Source: an uncultured Actinomycetes bacterium (GTDB taxonomy: Bacteria; Actinomycetota; Coriobacteriia; Coriobacteriales; RUG033). From it: 47,452 nt of DNA. Shown one piece after another: positions 1-10,146 of the stretch. Within the stretch, counting starts at the first letter, position 1. Each line of letters starts with the position of its first letter. The stretch covers positions 1 to 47,452 of the forward strand of contig OMWF01000080.1 in assembly GCA_900314665.1 (NCBI GenBank), written 5' to 3'. The notes below the pieces were generated by a model. The model saw only the letters and a program-made list of their open reading frames with translations, was not told where the DNA came from and made no database searches. A program made the translations under genes and the position numbers.

Positions 1-276
1 GATAGGATGCCTGCTTCTTCTAGCCCAAGCTTGGTATCTGCTTGCGATCTGTGCCGTGCCCCGGTTGGACTCGGGGCCTGCAATCTGTGTTGGGCCCCGG
101 CTGGGCTTGGGTCTGGCCTTGGCCATATTCCGGTCGGAACTCGGTCGAATCCCGGTTTGCTGCCGGCCTGCCGCTGGCCACGCGTGATTCAGAGTGCACC
201 CCCGGTTTGTACCGGACGTGCTCCGCTGTGGGCTGGGTGTGCGTTGCATGCTCCCCGAAGATCTGGTCATGGCGCG

Positions 277-342
277 GTTGGATGCCGGTCAGGGGTTGCT
301 CGTCCCTCAGTGAAACCGAAGTTGGATGCCAGTTGGATGCCA
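277..342. repeat. Three copies of GTTGGATGCC (277-286, 321-330, 332-341). The last two form a tandem 11-mer, GTTGGATGCCA x2. Copy 1 to copy 2 offset is 44 nt (4 x 11).
   Basis: Read directly from the sequence. Lies in the poorly explained 1-555 region upstream of recA. Confidence 0.6.
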
Positions 343-555
343 GCATGGCCCTCGGTTGGTTTCTGGTCAGATGTGGGTCGCCTTTCTTCAACATCACGGT
401 TGGCTCTCCTATTGATCTCATATAGAGATCCAGCGGCTTCCTAGCCAGTTGACGGTCGAATTCAAGTCGAGTCTTGGTCATAGTTGTTCTGCGGCATCGT
501 TCCTTCCGCTTGCTATCATGCCGTTCGCACGGGGGCGCCACAGAGATGCCTCCAA

Positions 556-583
556 TTGACAAGCGAACATATGTTCGTATACT
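556..583 (+). promoter_or_regulatory. recA promoter with an embedded SOS (LexA, Cheo-type) box
   Basis: TTGACA (556-561), 16-nt spacer, TATACT (578-583). The spacer holds the perfect palindrome CGAACATATGTTCG (564-577), which fits the Gram-positive/actinobacterial LexA consensus GAAC-N4-GTTC. About 45 nt upstream of the recA start. Confidence 0.8.
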
Positions 584-626
584 GTTCAGTACGGCGCATC
601 GCGCTGCATACAGAAGGGAAGTAACA

Positions 627-1664
627 GTGGCTGATAGAGACAAGCTTCTCGCTGCGACTACGGAGCAGATTGAGAAAAAGTTCGGCAAAGGTTCCATCAT
701 GAAGTTCGGGGATGGCGGCCCGGACCTCTCCATCGGCGTCATACCCACCGGGTCGATTGCCCTCGATGCCGCTTTGGGCATCGGCGGCGTGCCGCGAGGG
801 CGAATCGTCGAGATATATGGTCCTGAATCTTCAGGTAAAACCACCCTCGCGCTGCAGATACTCGCCGAGGCGCAGGCGCTGGGAGGCGTGGTTGCCTTCA
901 TCGATGCGGAGCACGCGCTCGATCCCACGTATGCCGCGCGCATCGGCGTCGACATCGACGAGGTGCTTATCTCTCAGCCCGACACCGGCGAGCAAGCGCT
1001 TGAGATATGCGACATGCTCGTTCGCTCGGGTGCCATCGACTGCATCGTTGTCGACTCAGTCGCCGCTCTGGTTCCTCGGGCAGAAATCGAGGGTGAAATC
1101 GGTGATACATCGGTGGGCTTGCAGGCACGCCTGATGAGCCAGGCGCTTCGCAAGCTGGCCGGGTCACTGTCAAAGTCAAACACCACCTGCATCTTCATCA
1201 ACCAGCTTCGCGAGAAGATCGGCGTGATGTTTGGCAACCCTGAGACCACGACCGGCGGCCGAGCACTCAAGTTCTTCTCCTCGGTGCGGCTCGACATCCG
1301 CCGCATCGACTCCATCAAGCACGGTACGGAGATCGTCGGCAACCGGGTGAGGGTCAAGGTCGTCAAGAACAAGGTCGCTCCTCCGTTCAGGCAGGCTGAG
1401 TTCGACCTCATGTATGGCGAGGGCATCTCCCGCGAGGGCGGCATTCTTGACATGGCCGTCGACCTCGGTCTCGCCAAGAAGTCTGGTGCCTGGTACACCT
1501 ACGGAGAAGAGCGGCTTGGGCAAGGCCGCGAGGCAGCCAAGGAGACGCTGCGCGAGAACCCCGAGCTTCGCGATGAGCTTGAGGCCAAGGTCCGCGACCA
1601 GCTCAATCTCACGACCCCCACTCCCTCGGAGCCTTCGGATCCCGTCGAGAAGCCTAGCAAGTAG
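627..1664 (+). CDS. recA: Recombinase RecA
   Basis: Hallmark RecA sequence: [15 protein letters not shown] Walker [44 protein letters not shown] at 627 is preceded by GAAGGGAAG. The tracked ORF start at 474 adds a non-RecA leader that would cover the promoter and SOS box. Confidence 0.97.
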   Translation: MADRDKLLAATTEQIEKKFGKGSIMKFGDGGPDLSIGVIPTGSIALDAALGIGGVPRGRIVEIYGPESSGKTTLALQILAEAQALGGVVAFIDAEHALDPTYAARIGVDIDEVLISQPDTGEQALEICDMLVRSGAIDCIVVDSVAALVPRAEIEGEIGDTSVGLQARLMSQALRKLAGSLSKSNTTCIFINQLREKIGVMFGNPETTTGGRALKFFSSVRLDIRRIDSIKHGTEIVGNRVRVKVVKNKVAPPFRQAEFDLMYGEGISREGGILDMAVDLGLAKKSGAWYTYGEERLGQGREAAKETLRENPELRDELEAKVRDQLNLTTPTPSEPSDPVEKPSK

Positions 1665-1667
1665 CAG

Positions 1668-2513
1668 ATGGCCAACCCAAAGCAGCTCGATGAGCTCAGA
1701 AGAAAAACACAGGCCATCATCCGGGGAGAGGCATCGGCTGCAGACAATCCCCGGTCGGCGCGTCGGCTTTGTCCGACGTCGCCGACCGGGGAGGCGGTAG
1801 CCGGGAGGGAAGAGTTTGCATCAACCCCAAGGCAGCAAAGAGGTCGTGGAAAATCCGCCCATCGCTCGTCTGCCCCGCTGCCTGAGGGCATCTCCGTCGA
1901 GGACACGGGGAGAAAGTCGCGCACTGTTCGCTTGATGAGAATCAGCTGCGAGAGCTGCGGATGGGAGCGCACAGTGCCCAAACCTGTCGTGCAGGCTATC
2001 CACTGGCCCTACCAGGTTGACGCCCCTGCGCTCGACGAAGCCCTTGAAGGGGCATTTGGGCGCGCCGCCTTGCTTCGCGTGCAAACGCTTGCCTCGACCC
2101 GAGAATACGGTCGTGCCGAGATGTCGAGACGCCTCATGGCCGAGGGTTTTGGAGAGGAATCCGTGAATGCAGCCCTCGAAAGGGCGGAGCAGTACGGGTG
2201 GATTGACGATGGTCGTTATGCCCGGGTGTTCGTTTCCAATAAACGCGCAGCCGGTTGGGGGGAAGCCCGCATCGCAAGGGAGCTTCGCTTCCGCGGAGTG
2301 AGTGAATCCGTTATCGATGACGCCCTCGCTGGAGGGGAGGACGGCGTCTCGCGAGCAGAGCTCGAGCTTGAGCGAGCGCGGCAACAGCTCAGCCGGCATC
2401 CGGTTCATGGCGATGGCGCCCGCGCAAAGCTCTTTAGGCGGCTGATCTCCAAAGGGTATTCCTCTTCGATCGCGAGCCAGGCGGTGCATGACTATCTTGA
2501 GCAGCAAGAATAA
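1668..2513 (+). CDS. recX: RecX regulatory protein with a long low-complexity N-terminal extension
   Basis: The C-terminal ~170 aa carry RecX-like three-helix repeats (RAEMSRRLMAEGF..VNAALERAEQYGWIDDGRYARVF, ARIARELRFRGVSESVIDDAL, AKLFRRLISKGYSSSIASQAV). Sits directly after recA. Start is uncertain because no clear SD precedes 1668. Confidence 0.8.
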   Translation: MANPKQLDELRRKTQAIIRGEASAADNPRSARRLCPTSPTGEAVAGREEFASTPRQQRGRGKSAHRSSAPLPEGISVEDTGRKSRTVRLMRISCESCGWERTVPKPVVQAIHWPYQVDAPALDEALEGAFGRAALLRVQTLASTREYGRAEMSRRLMAEGFGEESVNAALERAEQYGWIDDGRYARVFVSNKRAAGWGEARIARELRFRGVSESVIDDALAGGEDGVSRAELELERARQQLSRHPVHGDGARAKLFRRLISKGYSSSIASQAVHDYLEQQE

Positions 2514-2827
2514 ACGCCTGCAAGCGGACGTCGTCCCTTGCAAGAAACCTGATCCGGGGCAGATAGGCTGTTGACTCGGGTTGGGATAACAGAATAGTAT
2601 TGACCCGGCATATACGGCGTTTTTTCAAACGCTTATGGATATACAAAACAATCTTCGGTTTGCAAGAGTGCTTATGCGCCCTTGCAGGATTGATTTGCGC
2701 GTGCACACCTATACTATCGGCGTGCATTGAAAAGCCATAATGGTGTATGCCGGATGCACGTCCGGCTGCCTTCGCGGGCGTTCATCCTTTCCATATTGAC
2801 GTTGAGGTTTGTTTGGAAGGAGGACGC

Positions 2828-4360
2828 ATGACCACAGTAGTCTTGGCAGTCGTGGGATTGATCGTGGGTGCGCTCCTCGGCTTTCTGATCGTTCGCATTG
2901 CCATGAACGACAAGCTCAAGAGCTCGACAGAGCAAGCTGCCCGCCTGGTTGAGGATGCGCAGGGGAAAGCCGAGTCCATCAAGAAGGACACCTTGATGGA
3001 GGCAAAGGACGAGGTCTATAAGATGCGCCAGGAGGCGCAGGCCGAGGCCAAAGAGCGCGAGCGCGACCTGAAGGCCATGGAAAACCGCATCCTGCAGCGC
3101 GAGGAGTCTGCCGATCGCCGCGTGCAGTCGCTCGATGACCGCGAGCACAAGCTGTCGAGCATGCAAGGCCAGATCGAGTCCCGCGAGCGTCACCTCACGG
3201 AACGCGAGAAGGAAATCGACGCTACCCTGGAGCGCGTCGCCGGTCTTACCGCCGAGGACGCGAAGCAAGAGCTGCTTGATACGGTGCGCGACGAGGTCAC
3301 GCTCGAAGAGGCAAACATTCTGCGCGAGTCAGAGGAGCGGGTCAGGGCAGAGGCCGATAAGAAGTCCCGTGAGATTCTCTCCGTCGCTATCCAGCGGGTT
3401 GCGGCGGACCACACCGCGGAGACGACAGTCTCCACGGTTCACATACCCTCAGATGACATAAAGGGCCGCATCATCGGTCGCGAGGGTCGCAACATCCGCC
3501 AGTTCGAGCAGCTCACCGGTATCAACATGATTATCGATGACACGCCGGAGACGGTCGTGCTCTCGAGCTTTGACCCGGTGCGCCGGGAGATTGGCCGGAT
3601 AACCCTCGAGAACCTCATCGCCGACGGACGCATCCACCCCGCACGTATCGAGGAGATGTTCCACAAGGCCGAGAAGCTCGTCAATGAGCGCATCCAGGAG
3701 GCGGGCGAGCAGGCCGCCTTCGATGTCGGTATCCACGACCTGCATCCCGAGCTCGTAAAGACCCTCGGCCGGCTGCGGTACCGCACCTCGTACGGCCAGA
3801 ACGTGCTCAACCACAGCGTCGAGGTGGCCAGCCTGGCCGGCGTCATGGCATCGGAGCTCGGTCTCGACCCTCGTCAGGCCAAGCGTGCCGGCCTGCTTCA
3901 TGACATTGGAAAGGCCATCGATCATGAGGTCGAGGGCAGCCATGCCGTCATCGGCGCGGATTTGTGCCGTCGCTACGGGGAGTCTCCCGCCATCGTCCAT
4001 GCCATCGAGGCCCACCATGCGGACGTCGAGCCCACTACGGTGGTGGCGTTCCTGGTACAGGCGGCAGACGCGGTCTCTGCCTCTCGCCCCGGGGCCCGTC
4101 GCGAGTCTGTAGAAGGCTACATCAAGCGCCTGGAGAAGCTCGAGTCCATCGCCAACGCACACCCCGGTGTCGTCAACACCTATGCCATGCAAGCCGGTCG
4201 CGAGGTGCGCGTGATGGTTGAGCCCGAGAGCGTCTCCGACGCCGATGCCGTCGTCCTCGCGCATGACATCGCCCAGGAGATCGAGCAGGGCATGGAGTAT
4301 CCCGGCCAGATCAAGGTCCTGGTGATTCGCGAGAGCAGGGCCATGGACATCGCCAAATAG
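2828..4360 (+). CDS. rny: Ribonuclease Y
   Basis: N-terminal TM helix ([19 protein letters not shown]), coiled-coil region, KH domain ([20 protein letters not shown]), HD domain ([13 protein letters not shown]). ATG at 2828 is preceded by GGAAGGAGGA. Confidence 0.93.
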   Translation: MTTVVLAVVGLIVGALLGFLIVRIAMNDKLKSSTEQAARLVEDAQGKAESIKKDTLMEAKDEVYKMRQEAQAEAKERERDLKAMENRILQREESADRRVQSLDDREHKLSSMQGQIESRERHLTEREKEIDATLERVAGLTAEDAKQELLDTVRDEVTLEEANILRESEERVRAEADKKSREILSVAIQRVAADHTAETTVSTVHIPSDDIKGRIIGREGRNIRQFEQLTGINMIIDDTPETVVLSSFDPVRREIGRITLENLIADGRIHPARIEEMFHKAEKLVNERIQEAGEQAAFDVGIHDLHPELVKTLGRLRYRTSYGQNVLNHSVEVASLAGVMASELGLDPRQAKRAGLLHDIGKAIDHEVEGSHAVIGADLCRRYGESPAIVHAIEAHHADVEPTTVVAFLVQAADAVSASRPGARRESVEGYIKRLEKLESIANAHPGVVNTYAMQAGREVRVMVEPESVSDADAVVLAHDIAQEIEQGMEYPGQIKVLVIRESRAMDIAK

Positions 4361-4441
4361 GAGCATTTCGCAAGCAATACCAGTTCAGGGCCCGGGCCGT
4401 GCGGCGGTTCGGGCCCTGCGTCATCTGAGGTGGTGATCCCC

Positions 4442-5527
4442 ATGTCCGACGAGAGCCTCTACGACTTTGTCTCAAGCGTAGCAGGAGACCGATACCTGAG
4501 GGTCGAGCAGGATCTCGGTGACGGCTTCGTGCGCCTGAAAGTGGGGGAGGCAGAGCGCAGGCAGGCCCGCGATGACATACGCTGCGTTGAGGATGCCGTC
4601 ATCGAGCTGCTCAGAAACGCCCGCGACGCCGGGGCTACGCACATCTACCTTGCCAGCTCGCGTGAGGGCCAGATGAGGACCATCACCGTCATCGATGACG
4701 CCTCGGGCGTTCCAGAGCGCATGCGCGAGCTCATCTTTGAGCCGCGTGTGACCTCGAAGCTCGAGACCATGAGCGAGGACGCCTGGGGCGTGCACGGACG
4801 AGGCATGGCGCTCTACTCGATTCGCACCAATGCCGAGCAAGCTAAGCTCGCAGCAACAGGCTCGGGCCTGGGTAGCTCGTTCTCAGTGACCTTCGACCTC
4901 GAGAAGGTCCCCGAGAAAGCCGACCAGGCAACGGCACCGCAGGTGGAACGCACCGATGAGGGCGGTTATCACGTTGTGCGGGGCCCGCATAACGTCTTAC
5001 GGCAGGCAGTCGAGTTCTCCCTCGAAAGCCCTCATCTCGACCTATATCTCGGAAGCCCCAACGAGATCCTCGCCACGCTCTTGGAGCGGTGCCGCGCCGA
5101 GTCCGACCCAAAGACGCTCAAAGGCTGCAAAGACCCGGCGGCGCTGCCACTCTGGCAGCGCCCGGGAGCCGCACGCGACGTCGGTGAGCTGATTCGCTAC
5201 GCCGCCTCCATCGGGCTTGCCATCAGCGAGCGCTCGGCGCATCGCATCGCAAGCGGGCGAGTCAGGCCGCTTCGACCGGTGCTCTCACGCATGGTGCGCT
5301 CCCGTTCAAGCCAGGTGCCTGATGGGGCTTCGGGGGGCATCGACCTGGTGCGCGACCGCCGCGGCCTCAGCATCGCCTCCGAAGACCTCGCCGACTTCAA
5401 GCAGGCGCTGGCACAGGCCTTCTCGATAATCGGAGAACGCTATTACGTCACGCTCGCCGATGAGCCGGCAGTGACGGTTGCTGGCGATAAGATCAGGGTC
5501 CGCTTTGACTTCGAGAAGGAGCTGTGA
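4442..5527 (+). CDS. Orphan GHKL (Bergerat-fold) ATPase-domain protein with an uncharacterised ~190-aa C-terminal region
   Basis: N-box ELLRNARDAGATHI, G1-like VIDDASGV, G2-like GVHGRGMALYS. No HisKA/H-box, no TM segment, and no recognisable MutL/GyrB transducer. ATG 4442 is preceded by GAGGTGGTGA. Confidence 0.6.
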   Translation: MSDESLYDFVSSVAGDRYLRVEQDLGDGFVRLKVGEAERRQARDDIRCVEDAVIELLRNARDAGATHIYLASSREGQMRTITVIDDASGVPERMRELIFEPRVTSKLETMSEDAWGVHGRGMALYSIRTNAEQAKLAATGSGLGSSFSVTFDLEKVPEKADQATAPQVERTDEGGYHVVRGPHNVLRQAVEFSLESPHLDLYLGSPNEILATLLERCRAESDPKTLKGCKDPAALPLWQRPGAARDVGELIRYAASIGLAISERSAHRIASGRVRPLRPVLSRMVRSRSSQVPDGASGGIDLVRDRRGLSIASEDLADFKQALAQAFSIIGERYYVTLADEPAVTVAGDKIRVRFDFEKEL

Positions 5528-5538
5528 GGGCACTGCCC

Positions 5539-6093
5539 CTAAAGTCCCAGCGCCTTCACCAGCGCCGCACCGAATGCCTCTGCAGCCTCGGGTCCGTTGG
5601 CAGTCACCGTGACGCTGCCGTCAGCCACGAGGTTCAAGGCGTGTTCGACCTGCTCGCCAGTCCAGGTGGCTCCAGCGTCCTCGAGAATCTCCCGCACGCT
5701 TGGAAAGCTCGTGACCGGGATGCCTTGAAGCAGGCCGGTATGAGCGAGAATAGCCGGAGCGATGCAGATGGCCCCCACCACGCATCCCCGCCCAGCCACC
5801 TCACGGGCCAGCGCCTGCGCATCTCCGTCGTTGAAATAGACCTCGGCGCCGCTGCCTCCCACAAACACCGCCGCATCCCAGAGGTCGTTGCGAGCCATGC
5901 TCACCGCTTGGACCAGCGTTATATCGGGCTGGACACGCGCGCCCAGCATCCCCGTGCAGGCAGCAGTCGACTGGCTCGCCGTGGTGACGCTGCAGCCGGC
6001 CTCTTCAAGCAGCGCCTTGGGCTTGAAGTACTCCTCATCTCTGAAGTTGTCCGGGGCGATGAGCATCACCGCGTTTCGTTGCGGCTGGGACAT
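5539..6093 (-). CDS. DJ-1/PfpI family protein
   Basis: MLIAPDNFRDEEY..., nucleophile-elbow motif GAICIAPAILA, and overall DJ-1/PfpI length. The internal ATG at 6093 is preceded by GAGGGAGG. The longer tracked ORF (to 6192) has no SD. Confidence 0.85.
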   Translation of the reverse strand: MSQPQRNAVMLIAPDNFRDEEYFKPKALLEEAGCSVTTASQSTAACTGMLGARVQPDITLVQAVSMARNDLWDAAVFVGGSGAEVYFNDGDAQALAREVAGRGCVVGAICIAPAILAHTGLLQGIPVTSFPSVREILEDAGATWTGEQVEHALNLVADGSVTVTANGPEAAEAFGAALVKALGL

Positions 6094-6351
6094 GGGGCCT
6101 CCCTCGTAGACGGGGCGGGTTCTCGGTACCATCTTACACGTTCGGGGGGCACGCCGATCACCGGGTGCAATTACGGCCAGAATCGCCTGCATGACCGGCA
6201 GAGCAATATTTGCGCCTACATCTACCTGCTGTTTTGCGGCGAAAGGCAGGTCAGAGCCCTATGCTCCCCTCTGACCTGCGACGATGTGATACCCTATGCC
6301 GCATAAGCGCTACCAAACGCACCAGAAACGTACCAGAAAGCGATACGCGAC

Positions 6352-6735
6352 ATGGAACACCTCAAGGTCTCGAGCAAGTCATCGCCCTCTTCCGTGGCGG
6401 GGGCAATAGCTGGCATGATCAAGGACGGAAAGTCCGTCCAGATCCAGTGCGTGGGGGCGGGGGCGGTCAACCAGGCCATCAAGGCCATCGCCATCGCGCG
6501 CGGGTTTCTCACGCCGGTCGGCATCGAAATCGCCGTGCTTCCCGCATTCGCCGACATTGAGATCAACGGGGAGCAGCGCACGGCCATCCACTTAGCCATC
6601 GTCAAGATCGACCTGGCGGCCGCCGAGCTCTCAGACGCCGATACCGCCCTGGTGACCGATCGACCGATGCGACAACGCACCGCCCGGGCAGCTCACCCGC
6701 TTCTCGTTCAGGAGCCAGATGAATGCTCCGCATGA
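6352..6735 (+). CDS. spoVS: SpoVS-family protein with a ~40-aa C-terminal extension
   Basis: MEHLKVSSKSSPSSVAGAIAGMI...IQCVGAGAVNQAIKAIAIARGFL...LPAFADIEINGEQRTAI is colinear with Bacillus SpoVS (about 86 aa) as I recall it. This ORF runs to 127 aa. Confidence 0.85.
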   Translation: MEHLKVSSKSSPSSVAGAIAGMIKDGKSVQIQCVGAGAVNQAIKAIAIARGFLTPVGIEIAVLPAFADIEINGEQRTAIHLAIVKIDLAAAELSDADTALVTDRPMRQRTARAAHPLLVQEPDECSA

Positions 6736-6750
6736 GAGGAGCAGGAGGTC

Positions 6751-7629
6751 GTGAGCCAAGCAGCCATACGCCCAAGCGCCCTTCGCCCCGGCATCGTCGC
6801 CGACCTGCACACGCATTCGACCTGCTCGGACGGACGTCTCTCTCCAGAAGCGATAATCGACCGCGCTCTGGCTCTCGGCTTGCGCGGGCTTTCCATCACA
6901 GACCACGACAACCTCGCCGGGTCTACGCGCGCGGCAACATACCTGCGTACCTTGCGCGAAAGCGGATCCGTGCCAGAGGACTTCATCTTTGTACCGGGCA
7001 TCGAGCTCTCCACCTCGACCGAGGGGCGGGACGTTCATCTTCTCGTCTACTGGCCCCGTTCGACCGGCCGAGAACTCGCCGGCCTCTTGGCCGATGCGGA
7101 GGAGCGGAGGCGAGAGCGCGCGCTGCGCATCGTGGACCTGCTGGCGGAGGACGGCTGGCCCGTCTCACGCGAGTCGTTTCTCGCCACCGGTCTCAAGCCC
7201 AATCGACCCAACGTCGCGCGCGTCCTCATCGAATCGGGGCGCGCCCCCTCTGTCGACTGGTGCTTTGGACACCTCTTCAATGACGGATGCCCTTACCACA
7301 TCCCCAGATTCGAGGTCGACACCTGCGAAGCCATACGTGTTGCGCTGCGCGCCGGCGGGGTGCCCGTCGTCGCGCACCCCGCCCACTACCGCTGCGAGCA
7401 GTGGATAGAGCGGTTCTCCCGCGTCGGGCTCGAGGGTTTGGAGGCGTGGCACAGCCTCCAAACCGCACAGGACGCCACCCGCCTCATTGCGGTCGCTCGC
7501 AGGCTTGGCCTGGCGGTCTCGGGCGGTTCAGACTGGCACGGCGATACCGTCCATAGCGCAACTTTGGGTGGCGTCGGCCTCACAGCGCCAGAGTTTTCCG
7601 AGTTCCTCAAGCTAAAACCACAGGAGTGA
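6751..7629 (+). CDS. PHP-domain metal-dependent phosphoesterase (TrpH/YciV-like)
   Basis: DLHTHSTCSDG, SITDHDN and the GGSDWHG motifs typical of the PHP family. GTG 6751 is preceded by AGGAGG. Confidence 0.85.
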   Translation: MSQAAIRPSALRPGIVADLHTHSTCSDGRLSPEAIIDRALALGLRGLSITDHDNLAGSTRAATYLRTLRESGSVPEDFIFVPGIELSTSTEGRDVHLLVYWPRSTGRELAGLLADAEERRRERALRIVDLLAEDGWPVSRESFLATGLKPNRPNVARVLIESGRAPSVDWCFGHLFNDGCPYHIPRFEVDTCEAIRVALRAGGVPVVAHPAHYRCEQWIERFSRVGLEGLEAWHSLQTAQDATRLIAVARRLGLAVSGGSDWHGDTVHSATLGGVGLTAPEFSEFLKLKPQE

Positions 7630-7632
7630 GTC

Positions 7633-9054
7633 ATGTCAGCGCAACCAACAGATAACCGCGGCCTCAGCCTGCTTTCAGGCAGGACCTTTTTGATGCAGAC
7701 CTTTGGCTGCCAGATGAACGAGCACGATTCCGAGCGCATCGACGGCATGCTCACCGCGGCGGGTGCGCTTGAGGTGGCCACGGCAGAAGAGGCCGACATC
7801 GTCGTATACATGACCTGCTGCGTGCGGGAGAGGGCCGAAGAGCGCCTGTACGGGCGCGTGTCCACGATGGCGGGCCTGCCGCCGGCACATGATGGACGCC
7901 CCCGCGTGGTGGCAATCGGCGGATGCATCGGACAGCGCGATGCCGAGCGCCTCGCCCGCGACCTTCCCGGCGTGGGCGTCGTGTTCGGAACGCACAACCT
8001 CGGGCAGCTCCCCGGGCTGCTCGAAGCCCAGCTCGAGACCGGAAAGACGCAGGTGCAGGTCGTGGAGGACTCCGATGAGGACGCCACCAGCCTGCCCAGC
8101 CGCCGTGAGCAGCGCTGGCACGCATGGCTGCCGATCACCAGCGGATGCAACAACTTCTGCACCTATTGCATCGTTCCCTACGTGCGAGGGCGCGAGAAGA
8201 GCCGACCCCTGGAGGAGATCGTCGCCGAGGCTTCCCTGCTCGTGGCGGACGGCGTGAGGGAGATAACGCTGCTCGGGCAGAACGTCAACTCATACGGCCG
8301 CGACATCTATGGGCGGTCCCGCTTTGCCGACGTTCTGCGGGCGGTGGGGGAGACGGGCATCGAGCGCCTGCGCTTTGCCACCAGCCACCCCAAGGACCTT
8401 CTCGACGAGACGATAGCCGCCATGGCCGAGGTGCCTGCGGTCATGCCCCAGCTGCATCTGCCGGTGCAGAGCGGGTCGAACCGCATCCTGAACCTGATGA
8501 ACCGCGTCTACACGCGGGAGGACTACCTCGGGTTGGTTGAACGGCTTCGCAGGGCCGTTCCGGACATCGCCCTGTCAACCGACATCATCGTGGGATTTCC
8601 CGGCGAGACCGAGCGGGACTTTGAGGACACGCTGGACCTGGCCCGTCAGGTGGGCTACGCCCAGGCGTTCACCTTCATCTACTCGCCCCGCACGGGCACT
8701 CCGGCGGCGCAGATGGAGCAGACCGCCACTCACGAGCAGATCCAGGACCGCTTCGACCGGCTGGTAGCGGTCATCCAGGACACCGCCCACGCCTGCAACC
8801 AGGTCGACTTGGGAACGGTGCAGCGCGTGCTGGTCGAGGGGGCCTCGCGCAGGGATCCGTCCATGCTCTCCGGACGCTCCGAGAAGAACCAGGTCGTTCA
8901 CGCCCCGCTCCCGATGGACGCCCTCGGGTCTCAGATTCCCATCGAGCGGCTTACCGGCACCATGGTGGACGTTCGCGTCGACACCGCGCGCACCTGGTAT
9001 CTCTCCGGCGAGGTCGTGGCGCTGCCCGAGGGGCAGGGGAGGGCGAATCGCTGA
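7633..9054 (+). CDS. miaB: tRNA-i6A37 methylthiotransferase MiaB
   Basis: UPF0004 N-domain (TFGCQMNEHDSE), radical-SAM CNNFCTYCIVP, C-terminal TRAM-like domain. Followed by miaA. Confidence 0.95.
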   Translation: MSAQPTDNRGLSLLSGRTFLMQTFGCQMNEHDSERIDGMLTAAGALEVATAEEADIVVYMTCCVRERAEERLYGRVSTMAGLPPAHDGRPRVVAIGGCIGQRDAERLARDLPGVGVVFGTHNLGQLPGLLEAQLETGKTQVQVVEDSDEDATSLPSRREQRWHAWLPITSGCNNFCTYCIVPYVRGREKSRPLEEIVAEASLLVADGVREITLLGQNVNSYGRDIYGRSRFADVLRAVGETGIERLRFATSHPKDLLDETIAAMAEVPAVMPQLHLPVQSGSNRILNLMNRVYTREDYLGLVERLRRAVPDIALSTDIIVGFPGETERDFEDTLDLARQVGYAQAFTFIYSPRTGTPAAQMEQTATHEQIQDRFDRLVAVIQDTAHACNQVDLGTVQRVLVEGASRRDPSMLSGRSEKNQVVHAPLPMDALGSQIPIERLTGTMVDVRVDTARTWYLSGEVVALPEGQGRANR

Positions 9055-10001
9055 TGCGTGACCAGCCCGCCGCCCGGGTCTATGCCGTCGTAGGTCCCAC
9101 CGCCACCGGAAAATCGGACCTGGCCGAGCTCATAGCCGCCCGGCTGGGCGGAGAGATCGTCTCGGCCGACTCCATGCAGGTCTACCGCGGGATGGACGTG
9201 GGCACAGCCAAGGTGCCCGCCGACGAGCGGCACGTACCCTATCACTGCCTCGATATGGTTGAACCAGGAGAGCCCTACTCCGCCGCCCGCTACCAGCGCG
9301 ATGCGCGAGAGGCGATTGACGGGATTCTGGCCCGCAACGGTGTGGCGGTGGTGTGCGGCGGAACCGGGCTCTACGTGCGGGCGGCCCTTGACGAGATGGA
9401 CTTCCCCTCCGGTGAGCAGGAGGCGAATCAGGTTCGCGAGCGCTACCAGCGGCTTGCTGAGGAGGTCGGGGCTGAGGGGCTCCACGACGAGCTGCGGCGA
9501 CGCGACCCGGAGAGCGCCCAGCTCATCCACCCGCACAATGTACGCCGGGTCATCCGCGCACTCGAACTACTTGACGAGGGCCGCACCACGTATGCCCGGC
9601 AGCATGAGGGGCTCTGGGTGTTCAGACCTCGCTACGACGCTCGCTACGTGGGATTGACCATGGATCGGGAAGCCCTCTACCAGCGCATCAACAGACGGGT
9701 CGATCTCATGGTCAACGGGGGGCTGGCGGACGAGATACGCCGACTCGTCGAGGCCGGGTTTGCCCAGGCCCTCACGGCGCCCCAGGCGATTGGCTACAAG
9801 GAGCTGGTGGGGCCCGTGATGCTCGGGCAAGGTCCGGGCGACCCTGACTTTGACGCCGGTGTCGAGCAGATCAAGACCGCCAGCCGGCGCTATGCAAAGC
9901 GGCAGCTCACCTGGTTCTCAAAGGATTCTCGGATCACCTGGTTCTCCCGCGACCCGAACGATCGGGATTCCCTCGCGCGCATTGCCGATCAGGTCTGCTG
10001 A
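9054..10001 (+). CDS. miaA: tRNA dimethylallyltransferase MiaA
   Basis: P-loop GPTATGKS, SADSMQVYRGMDVGTAK, YAKRQLTWF. Its start overlaps the miaB stop (TGATG). Confidence 0.95.
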   Translation: MRDQPAARVYAVVGPTATGKSDLAELIAARLGGEIVSADSMQVYRGMDVGTAKVPADERHVPYHCLDMVEPGEPYSAARYQRDAREAIDGILARNGVAVVCGGTGLYVRAALDEMDFPSGEQEANQVRERYQRLAEEVGAEGLHDELRRRDPESAQLIHPHNVRRVIRALELLDEGRTTYARQHEGLWVFRPRYDARYVGLTMDREALYQRINRRVDLMVNGGLADEIRRLVEAGFAQALTAPQAIGYKELVGPVMLGQGPGDPDFDAGVEQIKTASRRYAKRQLTWFSKDSRITWFSRDPNDRDSLARIADQVC

Positions 10002-10146
10002 GGGCTGCAGCGTATGCTTGCGGCGAGGACGGACGGGGCGCCAGCAGCGCCTCTGCCGGTTTCCCAAGCCTGGCGTTTACTCCCTGACACCCGGTTGCCG
10101 TATGCTTTGACCGAGCAATGCACCGATACGAGATGCGGGAGGAACC

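Noticed and set aside
135-175. tRNA-like T-arm (GGTCGAATCCCGG).
   Set aside because: The loop lacks the TTCGA(A/G)T pattern with a proper 5-bp stem, and no acceptor, D or anticodon arms can be drawn around it.
4385-4418. Hairpin CAGGGCCCG...CGGGCCCTG after rny, considered as a terminator.
   Set aside because: The loop is 16 nt and no U-tract follows. The next gene starts 24 nt later with its own SD, so read-through or operon organisation is more likely.
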